64,000 nt of DNA from an uncultured Actinomycetota bacterium (GTDB lineage: Bacteria; Actinomycetota; Actinomycetes; Propionibacteriales; Nocardioidaceae), in contig OY968771.1 in NCBI GenBank assembly GCA_963695295.1, forward strand, positions 58,939 through 122,938, in the 5' to 3' direction. Shown here one piece after another: positions 57,635 to 64,000 of the stretch (position 1 is its first letter; each line of letters opens with the position of its first letter). The notes beneath the pieces were generated by a model. It searched no databases, was not told the DNA's origin, and was given only the letters and a program-made list of their open reading frames with translations. The translations under genes were made by a program, and so were the position numbers.

Positions 57635-57832
57635 CTCGCCACGCAGGGCGTCACTCCCTTGCCTGGGCCCGGGGCTCGGTTAGTCTGGATCAGGCGTCGG
57701 GCTGCGGCAGCCCCGGGTCCCAACATCAGCCGCCACGAGCGGCCTTGCGCCGTGAGGCGCTCCCAGCCCGACGCCAAACATCTCCGGATGGGTCCGGCCG
57801 GTGTCAGGCATGAGCTACGGCCGGGCCGGCCG

Positions 57833-58807
57833 TCACCGTGCGTAGGTGGTGTACGAGCGCGCGGACGAGCCGACCTCGGCGAGCTCGGCCAGCGCTTCGT
57901 GCGACGGATTCCACGCCGCCGCCTGCACATTCGCCTCGACCTGCTCGGGCCGGGTGGCCCCGGCGATGACGCTGGCCACGGCCGGCTGGGCCGCCAGACC
58001 GCCGATCGCCAGCTCGAGCACCGAGACACCCTGCCGGTCCGCGAACGCCTCGAGGGCCTCGATCCGGTCCCAGTCGGCGTTCGCCAGCCGGTGCGCCTGG
58101 GACGACAACGTGAGGCGCGAACCCGCCGGCGCGTCGGCACCACGTCGGTACTTGCCGGTCAGCAGGCCGTAGGCCAGCGGGAAGTACGGCAGGATGCCGA
58201 CGCCGAGCTCCAGGCACGCCGGCACCAGCTCGACCTCGGCCGAGCGGTTGTAGAGCGAGTACTCGTTCTGGGCGGTGACGAAGGACCCGAGGCCCCGCGT
58301 GCGCGACGTCCAGGCCGCGTCGACGAGCTCCCAGGCCTGCAGGTTCGAGCAGCCGATCGCGCGCACCATCCCGGCGGTGACGAGCTCGTCGAGGGCTCCC
58401 AGCGTCTCCTCGATCGGCGTGTTCCGGTCGGGCACGTGCAGCTGGTACAGATCGATGTGGTCGGTGCCGAGCCGGCGAAGACTCGCCTCGACCGACCGGC
58501 GGACATAGGCGGCCGAGCCGCGCCGCCCGCCGTCGTCGCCGCTGTGCCCCTGCATGTCCATGCCGAACTTGGTGGCGATGACGACGTCCTCGCGTCGCGC
58601 CCCGAGGGCAAGACCGAGCAGGGCCTCGCTCGCGCCCAGCCCGTAGACGTCGGCGGTGTCGAAGAACGCCGCATCGTGCTCGATCGCCGCGTCGACCACC
58701 GCCGTCACCTGATCGAGATCCATCCGCGTCCCGAACGCGTTGCACCCGATGCCGACGACCGGCACCGAGATGTCGCTGGACCCGAGCTTGCGGCGGGGAA
58801 GGCTCAT
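57833..58807 (-). CDS. aldo/keto reductase
   Basis: FFDTADVYG, IATKFG, IDLYQLH and GCSN are AKR family motifs. Confidence 0.93.
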   Translation of the reverse strand: MSLPRRKLGSSDISVPVVGIGCNAFGTRMDLDQVTAVVDAAIEHDAAFFDTADVYGLGASEALLGLALGARREDVVIATKFGMDMQGHSGDDGGRRGSAAYVRRSVEASLRRLGTDHIDLYQLHVPDRNTPIEETLGALDELVTAGMVRAIGCSNLQAWELVDAAWTSRTRGLGSFVTAQNEYSLYNRSAEVELVPACLELGVGILPYFPLAYGLLTGKYRRGADAPAGSRLTLSSQAHRLANADWDRIEALEAFADRQGVSVLELAIGGLAAQPAVASVIAGATRPEQVEANVQAAAWNPSHEALAELAEVGSSARSYTTYAR

Positions 58808-58866
58808 GCCATCACCCTACGAAGGGCGACGACGGGGCTTGGCGGGGCCACCCTAGACTCGGGCGC

Positions 58867-61164
58867 ATGGCGCTGAGTCCTCCCGTGTGGCGTGCACTGG
58901 CCGCGTTCGCTGTCGTCGCCGGTGCCCTCGCCCTGGCCCTCACCGGCTCGGCCAAGCTCGGCCTCGACCTGCGCGGCGGCACCCAGATCGTCCTGGAGAC
59001 GCGGAGCACCGACCGTGTGACGGCGGACGCGGAGTCGACCGACCGTGCACTGGAGGTGCTGCGCGGCCGGGTCGACGCCCTCGGCGTGGCCGAACCGACG
59101 CTGGCGCGCTCCGGCGAGAAGCGCATCATCATCGAGCTCCCCGGCCTGCAAGACCCGCGTGAGGCCGCCGAGGTCATCGGGCGCACCGCCCAGCTGACGT
59201 TCCACGAGGTCCTGCGGGTGCCCGAGCCGGGCGCGACCCCGGCCAAGGACGAGCGCGTCGTCGACGACGAGGACGGCGGCCCGATCGTCATCGGCGAGGC
59301 CCTGCTCGACGGCAACGGTGTCTCCGATGCCATCGCCACGACCCCCGAGCAGGGCATCGGCCAGTGGGTCGTCAACGTGGACTTCAACGGCGACGGCCGG
59401 GACGGCTGGCGCCAGCTCGTCTCCGACGCCTGCAGCAATCCCGAGGCCGGCCAGCGCGTGGCGATCCTGCTCGACGACGAGGTGATCTCCTCCCCCGGCG
59501 TCGTGCCCGACCTGTGCGCGGCCGGTGGCGGCGCGGCCACGACGATCAGCGGCAGCTTCACCCAGGCGTCCGCGAAGGACCTCGCGGTCCTCATCAAGGG
59601 TGGCGCACTGCCGGTCCCGGTCGAGGTCATCGAGCAGCGCACCGTCGGACCCACCCTGGGCGAGGCGGCCATCAACGCCTCGATCGAGGCCGCGATCATC
59701 GGCATCGCCCTCACCGGGCTCTTCATCCTGTTCGTCTACCGCCTGGTCGGGCTGATGGCCACGATCGCGCTCGCGGCCTACGCGCTGATCGCCTACGGCC
59801 TGCTGATCTGGATCGGGGCGACGCTGACGCTGCCCGGGCTCGCCGGCTTCGTCCTCGCCATCGGCCTCGCGATCGACGCCAACGTGCTGGTGTTCGAGCG
59901 GGCCCGCGAGGAGTACGCCGAACGTCAGCAGGCCGGCCTGTCCCCGGCCCTGTCGACCGGGTTCACCAAGGCCTGGACGGCGATCCTCGACTCCAACGTC
60001 ACCACGTTGCTCGCGGCCGGCCTGCTGTTCTTCCTGGCCTCCGGCCCGGTGAAGGGCTTCGGCGTGACGCTCTCGATCGGCGTGCTCGCGTCGATGTTCT
60101 CGGCGCTCGTCGTGGCGCGCGTCCTGGCCGAGTGGGCCGTGCGACGCGGGCCGGTTCGAGCCCGCCCGGGCGTGAGCGGCCTCGCCGGCACGGGCCGCCT
60201 CCGTCGGTGGCTCAACGAGTCCGGACCCAACCTGATGCGCCGCTCCGGCACCTGGATCGTCGTCACGGTGCTCGTCGGCGTCGTGTCGGTCATCGGCATC
60301 GTCGGGCGCGGGCTCGACCTCGGGGTGGAGTTCACCGGCGGGCGGCTGCTGGAGTTCTCGACGTCGTCCACTCTCGACCCCGAGACGGCACGTGAAGCCG
60401 TCAGCGACGCGGGGTACCCCACCGCGGTCGTGCAGTCGTCGACGGGCACCGGCGGCTCCGAGAACATCACCGTGCGCAGCAGCGAGCTCAGCAACGACGA
60501 GGCCTTCGAGATCGAGGAGGCACTCGGCACCGTCGCCGAGGGCGTCGCCAAGCAACGGGACGAGCTGATCGGGCCGAGCCTCGGCGACGAGCTGCGCAAC
60601 AAGGCGCTCATCGCGTTCGGCGTCGCCATCGCGGCCCAGATGCTCTACCTGGCGTGGCGGTTCCGCTGGACCTTCGCCGCGTCCGCCGTCCTGTCGATGT
60701 CGTCGGTCGTGCTCACGGTCATCGGTGTCTTCGCCTGGCTGGGCAAACCCATCGACGGGGTGTTCCTCGCCGCCGTTCTCTCGATCATCGGCCTGGCGGT
60801 CAACGACACGATCGTGGTCTTCGACCGCATCCGCGAGCACACGCGCGAGAACCGTGGGCGGCCGCTGCGTGAGGTCGTCAACGAGGCGATCCTGAACACC
60901 GTCCCCCGCACCGTGAACACCGGACTCGGCGCGATGTTCATCCTCGCCGCTCTTGCCGTGCTCGGCGGCAGCTCGCTCACCGATTTCGCGATCGCGCTGG
61001 TGCTGGGGCTGGCGATCGGCATCGTCTCGACGATCTTCACGGCGTCGACGCTCGCCGTCCTGCTCGAGGAGCGCTGGCCGTTCGACCCCACCGACCCGAA
61101 GAACCGCACGGTCGACCCGTACGCGCACGTCGACAGCCGCCCCAATGACGGCGCGGTGGTCTAG
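58867..61164 (+). CDS. secDF: protein translocase subunit SecDF (fused)
   Basis: LGLDLRGGTQIVLE, IIIELPG and GPTLG mark the SecD part. GVEFTGG, DTIVVFDRIRE and the TM bundles mark the SecF part. One 765-aa ORF. Confidence 0.93.
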   Translation: MALSPPVWRALAAFAVVAGALALALTGSAKLGLDLRGGTQIVLETRSTDRVTADAESTDRALEVLRGRVDALGVAEPTLARSGEKRIIIELPGLQDPREAAEVIGRTAQLTFHEVLRVPEPGATPAKDERVVDDEDGGPIVIGEALLDGNGVSDAIATTPEQGIGQWVVNVDFNGDGRDGWRQLVSDACSNPEAGQRVAILLDDEVISSPGVVPDLCAAGGGAATTISGSFTQASAKDLAVLIKGGALPVPVEVIEQRTVGPTLGEAAINASIEAAIIGIALTGLFILFVYRLVGLMATIALAAYALIAYGLLIWIGATLTLPGLAGFVLAIGLAIDANVLVFERAREEYAERQQAGLSPALSTGFTKAWTAILDSNVTTLLAAGLLFFLASGPVKGFGVTLSIGVLASMFSALVVARVLAEWAVRRGPVRARPGVSGLAGTGRLRRWLNESGPNLMRRSGTWIVVTVLVGVVSVIGIVGRGLDLGVEFTGGRLLEFSTSSTLDPETAREAVSDAGYPTAVVQSSTGTGGSENITVRSSELSNDEAFEIEEALGTVAEGVAKQRDELIGPSLGDELRNKALIAFGVAIAAQMLYLAWRFRWTFAASAVLSMSSVVLTVIGVFAWLGKPIDGVFLAAVLSIIGLAVNDTIVVFDRIREHTRENRGRPLREVVNEAILNTVPRTVNTGLGAMFILAALAVLGGSSLTDFAIALVLGLAIGIVSTIFTASTLAVLLEERWPFDPTDPKNRTVDPYAHVDSRPNDGAVV

Positions 61165-61817
61165 CCGAACGGCAGGACGTCCGGCGAGATCGCGGCCGCA
61201 CGCGCCACGGCGGCCGTCATCCGGCGGCGATGGTGGCGCCGGCACAGCACCTCATAGCCGATCGACGGCTCGGGACGGTCCGGACCGTCGTCGACGTCCC
61301 CGACGACGATCACCTCGCCCTCGGTGACCATCTCGCCGTTCGCGGTGCGCGCGTTGTGGGTGGCCCGTTCGCCACACCAGCACAACGACTCCACTTGAAG
61401 GGTGTGCATGCGGTCGGCGAGCTCGACCAACCGCGCCGACCCCTCGAACAGGCGGGTGCGGAAGTCGGTGAGGATGCCGAACGCGAACACGTCGATCGAC
61501 AGCTCATCGACCACCTTGGCGAGCTGGTCGATGTGGTCGCGGGTGTAGAACTGGGCCTCGTCACAGACCAGGTAGTCGATCCGCCCGCCCTGGGTGAGTG
61601 AGTCGACGACGTAGAACCAGAAGTTCAGGTCGGTCGTGACCTCGATGGCCTCGACCTGGAGGCCGAGGCGGCTCGACAGCGTGGCCTCACCGGCGCGGTC
61701 GCGTGAGGTGAAGACCCGACCGACGCGGCCGCGAGCCCGATGGTTGTGGTCCACCTGAAGCGCCAGCGTGCTCTTGCCGGAGTCCATCGTCCCTGCGTAG
61801 AAGGTCAGCTCAGCCAC
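61161..61817 (-). CDS. tdk: thymidine kinase
   Basis: GTMDSGKST (P-loop), DEAQF, and C-terminal zinc motifs CWCG...CRRH. Confidence 0.95.
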   Translation of the reverse strand: MAELTFYAGTMDSGKSTLALQVDHNHRARGRVGRVFTSRDRAGEATLSSRLGLQVEAIEVTTDLNFWFYVVDSLTQGGRIDYLVCDEAQFYTRDHIDQLAKVVDELSIDVFAFGILTDFRTRLFEGSARLVELADRMHTLQVESLCWCGERATHNARTANGEMVTEGEVIVVGDVDDGPDRPEPSIGYEVLCRRHHRRRMTAAVARAAAISPDVLPFG

Positions 61818-61832
61818 GTCGTCCCTGCCCCC

Positions 61833-62954
61833 TCAACCGGCGACCAACAGCGGGATGCGCAGCTCGTCCTCGGTGACCGAGCCGTGGAACCCGAACATCA
61901 GCATCTCGATCGCGAAGTCGACCGAGGAGAACACCGCGAAGTCGCCGAGCGACGCCACGACGACGTCGCCGATGCGACCGCGAACCTGCGGGGCGATCGG
62001 GCCGAACCAGTCGTCGAGACCCGGTTGGGTCCGGACGATCGCCCGGTCTCCCAGCGCCTCGGACCAGCGCGCGGCAACGTCGGCCTCGGCTCCGCTCCGG
62101 GTGTAGAGGTGCCGGAACCGTGCCTCGCCGGCGACCATCACGACGTCGTCGCGCAGCCCGGGGACGGTGTCGAGGTCGAAGCGACCCTCCTGCGGGAGGT
62201 CGAGCATGCCGTGGTCGGCCGTGATGAGCAGCACGGTGTCGGCGGGCAGCGCGGCCCGCATCTCGGCGAGGTCGGCGTCGACCGACGTCAAAGCCTCGCG
62301 CCACTCCGGCGAGGTGCACCCCTTGGCGTGACCGGTGTGATCGAGCCGGGACTCATAGGCGTAGACGACGCCGCGCGGTGCGGACTCCACGACGTCGACC
62401 ACGACGTCGAGACGCTCCCACGTGGAGTTCACCCCATGGAACGGCACGCCCCGCTGGCTGCACAACGTCAGCCCGGACGACGCGAACTTGGCGTCGTTGA
62501 CCGACGCCGTCGACACCCCGGCGTCCTGCAGGAGCTCGAGCACGGTGCGGTGCGGCTGCCACTCCTGCGGCACGACCGGCTGGTCCCACACCAAGGAGTT
62601 GAGCCGCTCGCCGGTGGCCGGCACCCGGCTGGTGTAGCCGACGAGACCGTGCTCACCGGCCCGCAATCCGGTGCCCAACGAGGTGAGGCTCGTGGCCGTC
62701 GTGGAGGGGACGCCGCAGACGACGTCGTCGATGCCGCTCAGCGAGCTGAGGAACGGCGCCGACGATGCGTGGTCCTCCAACAGCTGGGTCCCGAGGCCGT
62801 CGACGACCATGACGACGAACCGCGGCGCCGTGGGCAGGCCGAGCACGTCGGTGAATCCCGGCAGGCCGAGCGCACCGCCCACCGACGGCAACAGCTCATC
62901 GAGCGTGTGCCGGCCCCGGGGGCCGTACTGCTCGCCCGTGGGGGCCGTGCTCAT
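61833..62954 (-). CDS. alkaline-phosphatase superfamily protein (nucleotide pyrophosphatase/phosphodiesterase type)
   Basis: VVDGLG, PSTTATSLTSLGTG, GHAKG and TADHGM are AP-superfamily metal and nucleophile motifs. Confidence 0.85.
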   Translation of the reverse strand: MSTAPTGEQYGPRGRHTLDELLPSVGGALGLPGFTDVLGLPTAPRFVVMVVDGLGTQLLEDHASSAPFLSSLSGIDDVVCGVPSTTATSLTSLGTGLRAGEHGLVGYTSRVPATGERLNSLVWDQPVVPQEWQPHRTVLELLQDAGVSTASVNDAKFASSGLTLCSQRGVPFHGVNSTWERLDVVVDVVESAPRGVVYAYESRLDHTGHAKGCTSPEWREALTSVDADLAEMRAALPADTVLLITADHGMLDLPQEGRFDLDTVPGLRDDVVMVAGEARFRHLYTRSGAEADVAARWSEALGDRAIVRTQPGLDDWFGPIAPQVRGRIGDVVVASLGDFAVFSSVDFAIEMLMFGFHGSVTEDELRIPLLVAG

Positions 62955-62969
62955 TCAGGCACTGCCATG

Positions 62970-63551
62970 TCAGGCGTGACCGGCCGTGGTGGCCTGGGTG
63001 GTGGCGGCCGAGAGCGTCCGAGCGAAGTCGAGCAGGCGCCGCACGGCGGCCCCTCCGTCGGCGGCCGAGGCCAGGCGCAGGGAGAAGTCGTCACCGGTGA
63101 GGTTGCCGGTGTAGCCGTGGTCGGCCTCGCAGTCGGGGTCGTCGCAGGTGGCGGGCTCGATGTCGATGCGGGAGACCGCGCCCCACCCGACCGTGAGCAC
63201 GACCTCCTCCAGCTGCTTCGTCGATGCGGAGACCATGCGCGTGACGACGACGGAGCGGACGTGCGACACGGGCACGGCCTCGCTGGTGGTGGATGTGTAC
63301 GGCTTGGGCAGCAGGTCGTCGGGCGGGTGTTCGTCGGTGTGCACCAGGACCACCCGCGTGGGCGTCAGCACGAGCACCGTCATGTGCCGGCGGATCTCGT
63401 CGCGGTCGAAGGTCGGCTCATGGTGCAGGACGTACGCCACCACGGGTTCGTCGGCGAGGACGTCCCGCAGGCCCTCCGCCACGATCTCCGGGTAGTAGCC
63501 GCTGCGCGAGACCTCGTCGAACACCTCAGGCGTGCGATCGTCGGTCATCAC
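62970..63551 (-). CDS. conserved actinobacterial hypothetical protein (DUF5998-like, by synteny and memory)
   Basis: 193 aa, lying between the AP-family gene and the Pat-like gene as in other actinobacteria. The family name is from recollection and was not searched. Confidence 0.65.
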   Translation of the reverse strand: MMTDDRTPEVFDEVSRSGYYPEIVAEGLRDVLADEPVVAYVLHHEPTFDRDEIRRHMTVLVLTPTRVVLVHTDEHPPDDLLPKPYTSTTSEAVPVSHVRSVVVTRMVSASTKQLEEVVLTVGWGAVSRIDIEPATCDDPDCEADHGYTGNLTGDDFSLRLASAADGGAAVRRLLDFARTLSAATTQATTAGHA

Positions 63552-64000
63552 GCCAGCGTATCTCCCGTGGGAACCTGCTGGCTGAGCCGCCGCACGTACC
63601 AGTCGCCACGTCGGTTGGCCGACGGCACGACCTTCGCGCGGGCGCTCAGCACGGTGAGCCCCTCGGCCCCGACGAGGACCGGCTCGAGGTCGAGCTCGGC
63701 GATCTCGGGGAGGTCGTCCTTCATCGCCGCCAACCGCAGGATGAGGTCCTGGACCGCTGCGACGTCGACCGGGTCGGAGCCCCGGTAGCCGAACAGCAGG
63801 GGCGCGGACCGCAGGCTCGCGATCATCTCGCCGGCGTCGCTGTCGGTGAGCGGCGGGATGCCGTACGTGCGGTCGCCGAGCAGCTCGCTCGGAGCGCCGG
63901 CCAGGCCGAAGGACACCAGCGGCCCGAACAGCGGATCCTCGGCGACGGCGAAGGAGACCGGGATGCCGTCGGGCGCCGACGCCTGCACGAAGAAGCGGGT
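63548..64000 (-). CDS. C-terminal part of an acetate--CoA ligase (ADP-forming) / Pat-like protein; 5' end outside the window
   Basis: DPLFGPLVSFGLAGAPSELLGDRTYGIPPLTDSDAGEMI...LLFGYRGSDPVD...LDLEPVLV is an ATP-grasp_5-type C-terminal domain. The frame stays open to the window edge. Confidence 0.7.
   Translation of the reverse strand, partial: TRFFVQASAPDGIPVSFAVAEDPLFGPLVSFGLAGAPSELLGDRTYGIPPLTDSDAGEMIASLRSAPLLFGYRGSDPVDVAAVQDLILRLAAMKDDLPEIAELDLEPVLVGAEGLTVLSARAKVVPSANRRGDWYVRRLSQQVPTGDTLA

Noticed and set aside
57729-57760. The two tandem hairpins as a guanidine-II (mini-ykkC) riboswitch, or the spacer as SRP/4.5S RNA.
   Set aside because: The loops are CACGA (pentaloop) and GTGA rather than the conserved ACGR tetraloops, and no gene lies downstream to regulate. 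The SRP domain IV motif (GGUCCGGAAGGAAGCAGC-like) is absent on both strands.

Overview
This is a high-GC actinobacterial chromosomal segment. All calls come from reading the six-frame translations and the DNA by eye; no database search, GC calculation or RNA folding was run.

Conserved backbone:
- Minus strand at the left end: yajC, ruvB, ruvA, ruvC, yebC-family regulator, pdxT, pdxS, a PgsA-type CDP-alcohol phosphatidyltransferase, a HIT protein, a large M14 carboxypeptidase and thrS.
- Mixed redox and methyltransferase genes at 11.7-21.5 kb.
- From 35.3 kb: a putative IdeR-box iron ABC operon, aidB-like acyl-CoA dehydrogenase, sulfite reductase plus sirohydrochlorin ferrochelatase, PPK2, msrB, the coproporphyrin-dependent haem genes hemQ-hemY-hemE, DUF3000-rnd, an aldo/keto reductase, fused secDF, tdk, and the conserved AP-family / DUF5998-like / Pat-like trio.

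Accessory zone (about 21.9-35.3 kb): a tRNA cluster (Val-CAC on minus; Gly-GCC, Cys-GCA, Val-GAC on plus) is flanked on both sides by islets that look lower in GC. These carry small hypothetical genes, a DUF222/HNH endonuclease, an Ltp-type lipoprotein, an excisionase-like HTH, a recurring 25-nt GC-rich stem-loop repeat, and LexA (SOS) box promoters. No integrase, transposase or CRISPR array was seen.

Candidates most worth follow-up:
1. An iron-box-preceded ABC importer, translationally coupled to a single-polypeptide adenylation / carrier-protein / AT3 membrane acyltransferase and a cupin.
2. A tightly coupled operon: SRPBCC, PrmC-like methyltransferase, haem-oxygenase-like diiron enzyme, CDGSH Fe-S protein, GCS2 ligase.
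3. Duplicated, inverted SOS-box small-gene modules around the tRNA cluster.

Caveat: at least eight well-supported single-base frame breaks interrupt otherwise conserved genes. Either the sequence contains indel errors or there is unusual pseudogenisation. I label these ORFs pseudogene because they are disrupted as given.
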